A program made the translations under genes and the position numbers. This document shows positions 38,908 through 51,837 of a stretch of DNA of 64,000 bases, in pieces. The stretch is from Squalus acanthias (taxonomy: Eukaryota). Under the pieces are notes generated by a model. The model had not been told where the DNA came from and made no database searches. It was given only the letters and a program-made list of their open reading frames with translations. The stretch lies in contig CM059429.1 of NCBI GenBank assembly GCA_030390025.1, positions 56,606,001 to 56,670,000 on the forward strand. The letters run 5' to 3'. How positions within the stretch are numbered: position 1 is the stretch's first letter; each line of letters opens with the position of its first letter.

Positions 38908-39430
38908 CCATAGAATATAGGAACAGGAGCAGGCTACTCAGCCGCTCGACCATGTTTTGCCATTCAATCAGATCATGCCTGATCTGTACCTCATTCCCAT
39001 TTACTCGCCTTTGACTCATATTCCTTGATAATCTTACCCAACAAAAATCTATCTAATTTTAACATTATGCCGTCTTGTTCTGGATTCCACCACCAGAGGA
39101 AAGATTATTTTTATCTACCCTATCACGTCCTTTTATCATTTTAAACAATTCAATTAGATTACCCCTCAATCTGTACACTCAAGGAAATATAAGCCAGCTT
39201 TATGCAACCTATACTCATAATTTAACCCTTTAAGCCCTGATATAATTCTGGAAAACCTATGCTGCACCCCCTCCAAGGCTAATACATCCTTCCTGAAGTG
39301 TGGTGGCCAGTACTCCAGTACTGCAGTGCTCCAGTACTGCAGTGCTCCTGATGTGGTCTGACCAAGGCTGTATACAACAGAAGCATAACTCTCTCCACTT
39401 TGTATTCCAGCCCCTTTGAGAAAAAAGCCC
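38908..39430 (-). mobile_element. CR1 LINE 3' fragment
   Basis: ORF 39166..39432: YWPPHFRKDVLALEGVQHRFSRIISGLKGLNYEYRLHKAGLYFLE. Contains an internal 16-bp tandem duplication (CCAGTACTGCAGTGCT). Confidence 0.9.
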
Positions 39431-42400
39431 AAAGTTGATTAAAAAAAGAGCTTGTGATATTCCAGTCCTAACTACTTCTAATTTTTTATCGTTTATTTCC
39501 TATTTCTTATTTCTCACCCTCTTTGGGCCTCCCAACACATTTAACCAGCTGAGAGTGCAGGAGGGGGTACAGATAACCAAGATCAGGAATTCACCACATG
39601 TGAATTACCTGGCCAAAATCATGTTTTGTCAAGTGAGGTGGGCACATTCAGTCATACACCAACACACTGGACTATATCGAGCCACCAAATAGTATAAATT
39701 TCCAATTTTGGAGACTTTCTAGGCCTGATATTCCAGTACAATGCTGGTAGTTCCATGAAGCCCGTGAACCCACGTCATCTTATTTCAAAGGAACTCCTCA
39801 GTCATCACAAATATCACCATGGATGTTGGTTGAAAAAACACACACTTCTGCAAACAATCTGCTCTTTCAACTCTTACTAATCTCATAAGAAAATAGGAAA
39901 GTATAAAATGAGGAAAGGTCATTTGGCATGTCATCTCCGCATTCAAAACACGGGCATCTGAATCATCCTTTCCTCCAAAATTTTATTCACCATTTATCAC
40001 AGCGTCTGTGTCAAAGTCAATAAATGTTAGTGTGCTTTCAGTTGGAGAATAAATAAAGAATTAATTTGCAGTTCCACATCTGTAGATGTTATCAGCCAGT
40101 GTCTGCTCAAAGGTGACAGGCTGAAAGTCTCTGATCTGTTTTCAGCGTTATAGCTTCTGAGGGAGGACCTTTGTTTTTATGACCTAGGGCTTCAGAAGAC
40201 AGGAAGGATGAGTTGAACCAGGGTTGTTATATCATCACTGACTCATGGGACGAATATTGTACATAAATTGTGTAATCGTAGTAGGCCCCATTTTTCATTT
40301 TAATATACCATTTACATGTGCTAGTCATTTATTTTTCAAGAGTAATTTTTTTGGAATAAGAAGCAGTCTAACAGTATTATAGAACAAATATATATAAGCA
40401 CCATTCTATGTCTATTATAGAGCACTAAAAATTTCTAATGTTTTCTAATAATTTTCTTTACGCATTCATTTGATACTTCCAAGAAATCTCAACATTTTGC
40501 CGACTTTTAAAAAATAAATTTACTTTGTCTTTTTACAAGATGCTGCAATGCATCCACTTTTCAAAGTTAGTTTTACTTTTGAGTGTTGTTCTACAAACTG
40601 CATTTCTTCAACGATAGTAATATAAGCAGTTGTTAAAACGTATGTGCTGCAGTAATATCGCATAACTCTTTGATCAGAATACTCTTCTGGTATGTAATCC
40701 ATCAAGTTTAGTTTTATTACTGTATGGATTAAATGTCTTTTACTGTTTTGAAAGCATGAAGGAATCTAAAATTTATGTCTACATTGGTGTGGGAACTAAG
40801 TGCCCTTTCACTTCTAAGCAGTGATATTATAGGTAATAAGATCTAGCTCAACTCCATGTGATACATAGAGAATCATGGATACACAGGAGTGAGTTACAAA
40901 GCACGCACAGTATCAAGGCATTCAGATCATGTCATAAACCACAAGACTGAAGCAGGAAAAATTCATATGCATCATCTGAAATTCAAAGTTATGCTAATGC
41001 CTTTAACTTCATTCTGGGCATCTTTAAAATATTTTAAAAATAGATTTTTAAAAATCATACATTATATATACTTACCTTAAACTCATATATCATTACCTCT
41101 ACTATAACGCATTGCTTATGACTCGTAATAGAAAAAAAAACTCAAGTAAAATAACTTCTTTGTACTTCATCCCTGACTAACATACTTTTTGTGTAGCTTC
41201 CAAAGACAGCCTTATTGAGAGTGTCATGTGAATGCAGTTTTTATGTGTGAAAGGTTAAGACTCTCAATGATTTCCCAGTCTCAGAGTCCCTTGAGTTTGT
41301 TGTTGCTGATGTGTGCCTTCTGATCTGTGATGTGAATGAATGCATATTTCAAGCCATTGTGACAAAAATATTACAACGCATGATACCAAATTGCAATACT
41401 TGGTAGAAGAATGTTATACATTTTCTTTTGTAGTGTGCTACAGTTACATAGTCAATTATCCAGAATATGCTACAAGCTTAATGCAGCATGGAAAATCTCA
41501 GTAGTGCCTTTGTGAAAGTGGTTTATATATATCTCAATATTAAAATTCTTACATCTAGCATTTATCCATCAAAATTATAAATCAAAGAGAAAGAAAGCCA
41601 GCCATTTCCTACCAGTTCTTTCTGACCTGATAACCTGGCCTTTTCCCAATGGCAGGAGCTGGAAATTTGCATGCTGCCAATCTTCAACAATTACCCTCTA
41701 ATTGACCTCAGGATGTGCCTATTTAGACTACACCACAGGGAGTACCCAAGAAGTGGTCTTAAAGGGGCAGGTTATTTTAAATACAGTTCCACCTTCTCAG
41801 CTAAATACCAAAGCCAGACAGGAGATTACCTTGACCAACATCACAGTAGATTAGCTGGCACATTAAAATGCATCTGACGCACCTCCTCACTGTAATGATT
41901 GACTGTTAGGAGATAAACCAGCCTGGGATGACTTACCCAATGGTTCTCCTCTCCCAACAACTTTGTAAATATTCTTCAACTTGTACCTCTTCTGAAGGTG
42001 CAGCCAATATTGAAAAACGCTATCCTGCCATTCGGTGTCACAATGCATTGAAGCATCAACTCTCTCTGCATGCAACCTTTGTTATCTGATTTTGCTGTTT
42101 AGCAAAATCTCAATTGTTTAGGTCTCCATCTTTGAAACATTACCACTTACACTTTTTTCTCCTGTTTTCTGGCTGCCATTCATTTACATGCTGGAAACAT
42201 TCTTTAAATGAAAAAAAATCAATGAAGTAGCAGCATAATGTTTGCAGTGGATGAGCAGGAGGGAGAATAACACCACAAAATGGAGTCTTTGTTGCATTCT
42301 TACAATCTGAATTCAAATGGAGAATTTTTCAACTGCTAGAAAAAACAAATTTGGCCCGTGCTGCTGCAGTCCTATTGAATATTTTGAAACATTTGTACGT

Positions 42401-42587
42401 TTCAATTCCAGGTTCAATATCGAGTTCTAATTTTTTTTAACTAAATAGTTTGTTCCAGGTACTGGGGTAAATCCAATTTTTCACTGCTGATTGAGTAATG
42501 ATGTAATTGAGACACAAACAACCATTCCATGCAATTTAGTTTTAATTTACATATTATTTAGCCAAACTTTGGTGGACATTTGAGAAT

Positions 42588-43362
42588 AAAATTTGCACCA
42601 CACAAGTGCCAGGCAATGACCATATCCCACAAGTGATAGTCTAACCACCTCCCCTTGACTGTCAACAGCATTACCATTGTCGAATCCCCCACCATCAACA
42701 TCCTGGGGGTCACCATTGACCAGAAACTTAACTGGACCAGCCACATAAATACTGTTGCTACAAGAGCAGGTCAGAGGCTGGGTATTCTGCAGTGAGTGAC
42801 TCACCTCCTGACTCCCCAAAGCCTTTCCACCATCTACAAGGCACAAGTCAGGTGTGTGATGTAATACTCTCCACTTGCCTGGATGAGTGCAGCTCCAACA
42901 ACACTCATGAAGCTCGATACCATCCAGGACAAAGCAGCCCGCTTGATTGGCACCCCATCCACCACCTTAAACATTCACTCCCTCCACCACTGGTGTACCA
43001 TGGCTGCAGTGTGTACCAACTACAAGATGTACTGCAGCAACTCACCAAAGCTTCTTCGGCAGCACCTCCCAAACCTGTGACCTCTACCACCTAGAAGGAC
43101 AAGGGCAGCAGGCGCATGGGAACACCACCACCTCCAAGTTACCCTCTACATACCATCCTGACTTGGAAATATATCACCGTTCATTCATTGTCGCTGGGTC
43201 AAAATCCTGAAACTCCCTAACCAACAGCACTGTGAGAGTATCTTTACTACACAGAGTGCAGCGGTTCAAGCAGGCGGCTCACTACCACCTTCTCAAGGGC
43301 AATTAGGGATGGGCAATAAATGCTGGCTTTGCCAGCAACGCCTACATCCCATGAATGAATTA
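42588..43362 (+). mobile_element. 5'-truncated CR1/L2-group LINE (ORF2 C-terminus and 3' UTR)
   Basis: Translatable fragments ILGVTIDQKLNW, IYKAQVR and KLDTIQDKAARLIG...SLHH. Tail CCCATGAATGAAT. Confidence 0.85.
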
Positions 43363-43649
43363 AGCAAAATGCAACACAGACTAAATTTGCACTAGTAACT
43401 AGCAAACTGTAAACATTTGAAAATTGAATGTCCCAATTTCCCATTTCTTGGTTCAGTTTGTGACTTTTTAAAGTCTCATTTTAGTCTCCAAAAGCATTGA
43501 TGTAATACTGTACTTAAATTATAAATTAAATCACTACGACAGGTAACTGCAAAAGATGAAAGAACCTTTAAACGACGTCAGTAATGTAACATAGAAAATC
43601 AGAATGTTTCTGAAACTTCTTGCAGGTAATGCTTAGGGTAATTTCTTTT

Positions 43650-44570
43650 ATTGGATTTGGCAGCTGGCCTGGCAAGTGGCAGATGCCATTTAATGTGGTG
43701 GAATAATACAAATGATCAGACTGGGGAAGGGGAATAAGCAGTGGGAACAGGAAGGTAAATTCACTGATCCTGTGCTCTCAGCGGGGAGTCTGAAAGGGAG
43801 CACTGGTCAGAGAATCAATGCTACATGTTGCAGCTCAATAAATGTATCCAAAAAGTGGGAGCAATGAATTTACCCTACAAGGTAAATAGGATTAATCTAC
43901 AAGATAGAACACAGAAGAATGATCTGGGGGTACTCATGGACAACTCACTGCAACCATCAGCATAGTGTCTGGCAGTTTAAAAAAAAGGCAAAACAAGATC
44001 TTGAACTGTATAGCTGGAGGGATGTTGTTTATGTCTCAGAAAGTGACAATGAACTTGTTCAAAGCACAGTCTGTTCCCCTCCCTGTACAGAAAACTGTGT
44101 ACAGTTCTGACCACTGTATTGACTGAACATTTTGGCATTGAAGAGAGTACAGCAAAGGGAAACCAAATTGACACTTTGGATTTGGCACCAGAGCTATGTG
44201 GAAAAGCTGTGGAAAGTGGAAATGTTTACACCGGAGACCTTACTGAGGCATTCAACATTCAAAAGGCCATAGAGAAATTAAACCCTAATAATATCTTTGC
44301 TGCAATCACAAAATCTATTAAAAAATAGCTGAGAAGAGAAAGATAAGGAAAGTACTGGAGGGCGTCCTGAAGGAACCCAGAGAAACACAGCACTATAAGA
44401 GGGAGCTAGCATGGCTTTATAAGTGGGAGATCATGCCTGACAAATCTGTTGGAGTTCTTTGAGGAGATAACAGACCCTGTGGATGGGGAAACACAGTGGA
44501 TGTTGTTTAATCAGCTTGCAGCAAAGCTTTTGATAAAGTGCCACATAGGTGACTAGTCTACAAGAACATC
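43650..44570 (+). mobile_element. Degraded CR1 LINE fragments including reverse-transcriptase motifs
   Basis: 44410-44550 reads GRSCLTNLLEFFEEIT ... KAFDKVPH with frameshifts. 43900-44300 resembles the ORF2 C-terminus. Confidence 0.7.
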
Positions 44571-46117
44571 GACAGAAAGAAAACTCCCCAGGGGTATTTT
44601 TAACCGAACCCGCTCAAAGAGAAACTGACGGGATCGGACCGGCCGCCCGTTTTCCCGCCCGACTTTGTTTCCATTGACTTCAGTGGAAGTATTGAGATTA
44701 TAAAAGGTACAGGTAAGATAAATGTCAAAATATTTAACATGTCACAGGTTCTACAAGAGGGCATGGCCTCAAACTTATGCAAAATACTTCGACAATTTGG
44801 GAAACTAATTTTAGTTTTTAAAAATTACTTTGACCTGCCAAAGTTTGCTCTGACATTAACAGCTTGTAAAAGCTATAAAGAAAAAATGAAACTGCCGGTA
44901 ATGGTGATTAATCCAGGGGCAAATGGAGAAACCCACTCCCGAATACTCTTGTCAGAAATAGTAAATGAAAGGGTTAATTGCTTTTGACCGTCAATGATCC
45001 AGCAGTCGCTTGACCCTCCTCTTGATGATGAATGGAGGGTTACTGACCCGCATGTGTTTCGCATTAAGGCCAAGCTTTGCTGTGACATCTTCAAGAGCAT
45101 TTATCAGGATTCCACTGACAGCATGTTCTGTAAATGACAGAAAGCAAATGTGTAAGGGTCAGAAAGGAGTATGTCATCAGCTCCTGTATAATACATTTCT
45201 GAATCTAAAAAACTGTCAGTGGAGTTTGAAACAAGAATGTTAATTCGCTGCAAGAAAATATATTATGTATGAGGAAGACCTTATTTAGGTTGAAAATAAT
45301 GAAATACGGTATAGCTTTTGCTAGCAATTTGATTCTCTAGATGATGCACCACAGTGGCAAAAGATGGATTATTAATCTGTGAATAAAATGTATTTTTTTA
45401 ATGCAGTGCAGTTTTCTGGTTCAGAGGAAAGAGAAATGAAATATAATCGGCCATCAGAAAATTTGATTCACTTAACATGGTCCATGGTTTTCACAGATGG
45501 GCTTTGGTATTAAAGGCGGCATTCCTTCACTGGCTCGAGCAGTTCCATGGGCTTGTTGTGTGATATCTAGCTGTGAAATATTTTACTGTTTATTCACATC
45601 AAATTACTCTTAACGGCTGTGATTTTAATGATGTCAGGAGCAATTTAATTCAACACTTCCTCACAGAATCTGTGCAGGCATTGCAATACTGTTTCATTTA
45701 CTTCAAATTAGAACTTGATTTCACAAATTTTATGCTGAGAGCCCTTTGTTTCTCAGATCACTATTAAAATGCAGCTCAGTCTCAACCCTGAATATTGTTA
45801 AATTGGCACCACCAGAAGTGAATTACGTGATGATTGTTAACATTGTACGTTTTACTTAGATATATATCTATACACCTAATTTAAGGCACCTCAATCTCAC
45901 AATCTTCAAAGTACTTTTCTACAAATCACAAACATCCAAAATATTAGCAATAGAAAACCAAAGAGCATTTACTTAAAATCGAATAGCATGGCAATTCTTT
46001 AATTTACATTCCCATTTCCATATTATCTTCCAATTTTCCTATTATCGGTTGTTTTTAATTTGCTTATCTAGTGCTGATTATAATTGTAGATTAATAATTG
46101 CCAATATAAAAAACTAT

Positions 46118-46225
46118 GGGGGTGAAATTGGCTTCAACCGAAAAGAAAATCAGGCAGGGTGTAAAATGTACTGCCGATTCTTGATCGCCTATTTCATGTT
46201 ATCGCCGAAGACCAATTTCACCCCC
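46118..46225. mobile_element. MITE (Harbinger-type), 108 bp
   Basis: TAT|GGGGGTGAAATTGG ... CCAATTTCACCCCC|TAG: perfect 14-bp TIR, TSD matching 2 of 3 bases. Confidence 0.85.
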
Positions 46226-47279
46226 TAGATCTTTTCAATAATTTCTTCTGAAGAATTCTCTGATTCCTGACTACTAAAATTTTAATTCTGAGATATGCAC
46301 ACAGTCCTTAAGTCACCAAATATTAGATCTTATTTTTAAATCAGCTGATGGCAAACCGACAGTGTGCATGAGCCATGCCTTGTGTGTTTTCTAGGGCGAA
46401 AGCCAAGGATTTCCATTTTTATTTCCATTTAATTAAGTTTGGAAGAGAGTACATTCATCTCTCAAGCCTGCTCATTCAGATCAATGCCAGCTTCTTCGCA
46501 GAAATCTGAATTTTACCTTGTTTTTAAATGTAAATGTAAGGGGAATTAATCTGGGTTGGAAAAAATGAGTGAGACTTTTTTAGATTTTTTTTCCGTAGTT
46601 GTGTAAAAAGAATACTTTTAATATTTTCACTTACGGAAAGTAACTGTCCATTTTCCAGCTGCTGTTTGTATCCATTAAATGCCATTCACGTAACAATAAT
46701 TCAAGCAGCCAAGTTAACAATTTGTTCTGAAATTACACTGTGGGATATGAGTGTCCAAACACAAAGGGGGGAAAATTTGTCTCCTTAGTGCCTCCCGTTA
46801 GTGCCAGCAGATGGCGCTAACGGGATGCTAGAGCATTATCGCCGGGGCGTGGCGAACCCAGCACCACACGCCTAATCCGCCCCCCCCCCCCCCACCTTCG
46901 TAGCGCTGCCAGTAGCAGTTAGGCTGGGACCTTCAATGCCAGGTGGATCATGATGTCAGTGAGTGTGCAATGCTCACTGGCCACCTGATCTGCGAAATTG
47001 ATTGTTGCCACCTACCTTAGCGCCTGGAGTAAACAGCGACAGGGAGAGCTGGCATGAAGTACCAGAAAGCCGGCTCCAGGGATGTTATTTAAAGGGATTA
47101 TCAGTAATGACTTGTAGCTGTCAGGTTAGTGGAGTTTCAGCGGTTTCTTGTCAGTTTCACATAGTCCAACAGTTTCATTCCGTAATTTCAAGGTTATTTT
47201 GTATCAGGAGTGTTTTGGCAACTAAAAAGTAGTTACATTTATTCTTAAAAAAATCAAAGTGCTACACTTGGTTACATTA

Positions 47280-48410
47280 ATGGGGGCTGTACTTGCAGTC
47301 GACCTCGCCCTCCAGGATCTACGGCGGAGGGAGCGGAGGCAGCGAGAAAGATTGGAACATGTGGCCAGAGGGAGGAGGAGGGCCATCAGGGCTCTCAACA
47401 GGAGGCCTTACCCTCCGAGGGTATTCCAAGAGCACTTCTCCTACCTCCAATTAAGCGAGGAGTAGTGTATTAGAAGGCTGGTGGTCACAGAACTCTGCCA
47501 CCTCCTGCAACCAGACCTCCAGCCTCAGATCAGGGCGATCACGGCTCTCCCAGTGGCAGTCAAAGTCACCAACGCCCTCAATTTCTTCGCCAGCGGATCC
47601 TTCCAGTCTGCAACAGGAGACATAGCGAGCACCTCACAGTTCACCGTCCATTGCAGCATCCGGGAGGTCACAGAGGCTCTTTACAGTAGGAGACGGGACT
47701 ACATTTCCTTCCCCACCACCAGAGAGAAGCAGGACGAGCGTGCATGCGGCTTTGCCAGGATAGCGGGATTCCCCATGGAGCAGGTCGCCATTGACTGCAC
47801 CCATGTGGCTTTGCAGGCACCGCATAACAATCCTGAGATCTTCCGTAACCACAAAGGCTACCACTCACTTAATGTGCAGTTGGTGTGCGACCACAGACAG
47901 CGAATCCTCAATGTGAATGCCCGCAATCCTGGCAGCAGCCACAATGCCTTCATCCAGCACTCTTCCAGCCACCACATCAAGCTTGCAGCTGGCTGCTCGG
48001 AGACAAGGGCTATCCGCTCTCCACCTGGCTCATGACTCCCATCCGCAACCCCAACACTGCTGCTCAGCACTCATATAATGAGAGCCATGCCACCACCAGG
48101 AACATCATCGAGCAGACCATTGGGGTGCTCAAGCAACGATTCTGCTGGGAGGAGTCCTCCAGTACTCGACTGAGCGGGTGTCCCATTTCGTGGTGGTCTG
48201 CTGCATGCTCCACAACTTGATCATCATGAGGGCCCAGCCCTTGCCACCAGGGATTGCGGGTCCACCTGAGGACAAGGAAGAGGAGGAGGATGAGGAGGAC
48301 AAGGAGGACGAGGAGGAGGAAGAACAGGAGTGAGGGAGGAGGCAGCCACTCAATTGGCCTTCCAGAAGGGCGGTCTGTGATCGCCTCATCAAACTGCGGA
48401 TCGAATGAAT
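47280..48410 (+). pseudogene. Harbinger (HARBI1-like, DDE_Tnp_4) transposase of the outer element, disrupted
   Basis: Motifs ALNFFASGSFQ, GFARIAGFP...[28 protein letters not shown] (HD changed to HN), [24 protein letters not shown] and CCMLHN, plus an acidic tail. Stop near 47463 and several frameshifts. Confidence 0.93.
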
Positions 48411-49834
48411 TAAACCCCAGATCCTCGTTGCTCACTACATCCCCATCATTCCATCCCTGTTGCAGGCCATATCACAGCGCTAAGCTGAAATGAGACACAC
48501 CACAAAAGAATCCAAACTGAATTAATAAGTTTATCAAAAATCAGTGAACACATATTTACAACAAAAATATTAACTATTCACCCTTGTGCAATCCCTTAGT
48601 GCCTCTCGTTACTGTGCCTTTGCCAACTCTGGTGCTCCTACAAAGTGTTGGCCCAGTGGCAGCAGCAGGGCTGATGGAAGGCTGCTGAGTGTCCGTGCGG
48701 GAGACTTCAGATGACCTTGCAGGACGCCCTCGACCAGCTCTTGGTCTGGAAGGGCCGGCTGTAGACTGCGCCACCTTAACATGGGCAGCAGCAGTCTGGG
48801 CTGGCTGGATGACAGGCAGCGACAAGGGCAATGGTGGAGTGACAGTGGTGGGAGCAGGAATGGGGTCATCCTGAGAGAGGACAGCAGGTTCCTGCTCCAC
48901 TGACCCACTGCCACTCCCCCAGGACAGCACCCCAGCATCCCTAGTGATCTGTTGGAGCACAGATTGCTGGCCTGCTGCGACACCGTGAAAGCCCCGGTCG
49001 ATGGTGCTAGACCCAGCCACGATGGCAGCAGTCAGAGCTTGAGTGGCATCAAGCTGAGACTGCATGAGAGCAGTCTGAGAGTGGATGCCACCAAGCATAG
49101 ACTGCATTACAACACTAAGACATTGCGTCGCGTCCACCTGTGCTGCAATGGAAGCTGCCAGATCGCCCATCACACGCGGGATCAGGACTGGGTTGCCACA
49201 GTCTCTCTGGGAGTCTACCATCCTTTGCAGACTGCAAATGATGGGCTCCATGGTGTGCGCAGAGCCTTGTGCAATGTTGGAGGCAGACTCCTCCACGCTC
49301 CTTACCATTGCTGAGAGGCTCTTGGGCACCCTTGCCATTGCACCTATCATCTCCGTGTGTATGCCCATCACCCTTCTTGTAAACGCCTCCCCATCGAGGG
49401 CCTCATCTGAGTCCTGTGCAGCAGAACTCGCGCGTGAACTCACCCTCTGGGGAGCTGGCCCCCCAAGCTACCCTTTCCCCTGGCCTTGCTGCAACCCACT
49501 CTTCCCCAGTGCCTCACCCTGTGCAGATCCCGCTACTATACTAGCCTCTAAAGAACGCATAGGGGGGCGATTTTCCCATTGGAGGCGGGTTGGGAGCAGG
49601 TTTGGGGGCGGGCGGGTTCCGAACCCGCCTCCACTGTCAGGTGGGAAAAAGTTGCGATTTTCCCCTCATTGCCCAATGAATTCTGGGCGTGTGGGTTCCT
49701 CTGGGCCAATTACTCTTTTGGGACTGAAATTCGCCTCTGCTGACGTCACTTATGCAGCTTCATTGCAGGGCTGCTTGCTTCCTTGGCTCATTTCACTGCT
49801 GTTTTGTGACTGCTGAACACTTCGCTGAGAAGAG

Positions 49835-51823
49835 ATGGCCAACTCGAGAGCCAAGGCCTCCCTAAGGTTCTCCGATGAGTCTCTGAGTATTCTGGTTGAG
49901 GGGGTGAGAGTTAGCAGGGAGGTGCTCTTCCCCTCATCTGGGATGAAGAAGCCTCCCAAACAAACCAAGGCTGTCTGGGTGCAGCTGGCACGGGATGTAA
50001 CCTCCAGGTCTCTGTGCAGCAGAACATGGATACAGTGCCGCAAGAGGTTCAATGACCTTGTAAGATCAGCCAAAGTGAGTATACCTTCAGCTTGACCCTC
50101 ATTCTGCTCCCCTTCTCCTCTCATCACCAGCACTCTGCATTGTCAACCTTCTCCTACTCATCCCACTTTACCCTTACAACCCTTGCACCCTTAACCATCC
50201 CTCTCACTCTATGAACACAATCACTTGACTATTCGACTGTGCTGCCCTCACACTCCCTATCAATGTTATGCAATGACAACAACTAACAACACACAGGGAG
50301 GGCCCTTGGAAATGGAACCTCACTCCATCTTTGTCTCCTTCTAAGCATCTATGCTCTGGACTCTCTACACTCACTCCATCATTCTCACTCAAACTCCACT
50401 TGTCTCCCTCATTGCAGGAAAAGAGAGCCCACAATAAACGGTAGGGGGCAATGACTGGAGGAGGGCCACCTTCCCTTGGCCATTTGACCCAAGCTGAAGA
50501 GGTGGCTCTGGAAATCGTTGGCGCTGAGGTGGAGGTGGAAGTGGGGGACAGACAGACGGGCGCAGCAGAGTAAGCTGGTGACAGAATAGTTTTGCATCTC
50601 TCTCTTTTACATTGTAGGAGTCACTAAAATGGCGGCGAATGTACATTTATAGAATGGCAATTGATCATCTGCGCTATTGCATGTGCATGCCACACTAGCG
50701 TCACATCTCTAACTCATTCCTTTATTTCCCCCCAGGACCATCGACAGCCCCCCTCCCCACTGTCCAGGAAGAAGAGCCTGAGGCGGAAGACTCCTCAGAG
50801 GAACCTGCAACCTCTGAGGGTGCAGCGTCAGCAGATGTAAGCGCACCCAGCACCAGCGCAGATACGTACACCTCGGTGGGACCTGCAGGAGATAGAGCAG
50901 TTTTGTCACCTGGTGTATCACAGCTCACAAGTGAGCATCAGCAGGTGGTGGAGACAGAGACAGCAGTGGAGAGTCCTCGTCGGAGGTCACAGGACACTCC
51001 TAGCTCTGCTCAGGTGCATGTGGACCCTGTGCTTCCGGGTCCATCCAGAAAGAGAGCGGTGCTGGAACTCCAGGAACAGATGCAGGAGTCTCTGGCAAGT
51101 TTTGTCTCCAGGGTCACTGCGTGTGTGGAGAGGATGGAGGAGTCCAACTTGAATATGAGCAGAGCCTTTGTGGAGTCAGTGGCACATGAGCGCATCTCCT
51201 CTGAAATGTTGGCTACCTCCGTGGAAGCGATGTCTACCTCCGTGGTATCGATAGCTGCCTCTCTGCAGACGATGGCCAGGGCCATGGAGGAGATAAGTCG
51301 CCAGAGTGTTGAAAACATGGTCAATGTTCAGAATAGACTGACATCTCTGGAGGAGCGATGGCCAGCTATTGATCAGAGAGACCAGAGCTTCATGGAAGTC
51401 CTCAGCAGTAGGATTGCCAGTGCAGACACGAGTCCTCATGGCCCCCCTGATGTGCAGCAAGGTGCTCTCAAGCCACTTGCTAGCGCTGAGGTGGGGCTGA
51501 CCCATGAAAGAGATGTTGGTGGCAGAGAACAATAAAGTGGGGGCTCCTCTCCAAGCGCTCACACTTCCATGCCACTGTGTTGCCCTCGGTCAGAGCCCCA
51601 CCAGAGTCCTCACCCAACTGAGATGGGCGTCTCAGCCCCTGCACAGCCGCAGGAGGAGCAGACTTTTGGCGAGGCCTCACAGGCTCGCAAACCCAGAGGA
51701 TGCCCGCTAAAGGTGTCAAAGCAGGAGCAGCATGAAAGTGAGCAAGGGGCCTCCACTTCTGCTGAAGCCACAGGGGAAGCACCACGTAGGAGCACGCATA
51801 AGAGGAAGATAAAGCACAATTAG
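49835..51823 (+). pseudogene. Spliced Myb/SANT-like gene of the inner Harbinger
   Basis: Exon 49835-50074: MANSRAKASLRFSDESLSILVEGV...VWVQLARDV...RTWIQCRKRFNDLVRSAK, donor GTGAGT. Exon 50418-50569: EKRAHNKR*GAMTGGGPP. Exon 50736-51823: acidic, then coiled-coil-like, then a basic tail (RRSTHKRKIK), with a premature stop at 51535. Confidence 0.9.
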
Positions 51824-51837
51824 TCACACGGGCAGTC

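Noticed and set aside
47280-48410. Host gene HARBI1
   Set aside because: Stops, frameshifts, a neighbouring Myb gene and transposon ends show a decayed transposon, not the domesticated gene.
49085-49816. 243-aa ORF
   Set aside because: Antisense shadow of the outer Myb gene that runs across the nested insertion junction.
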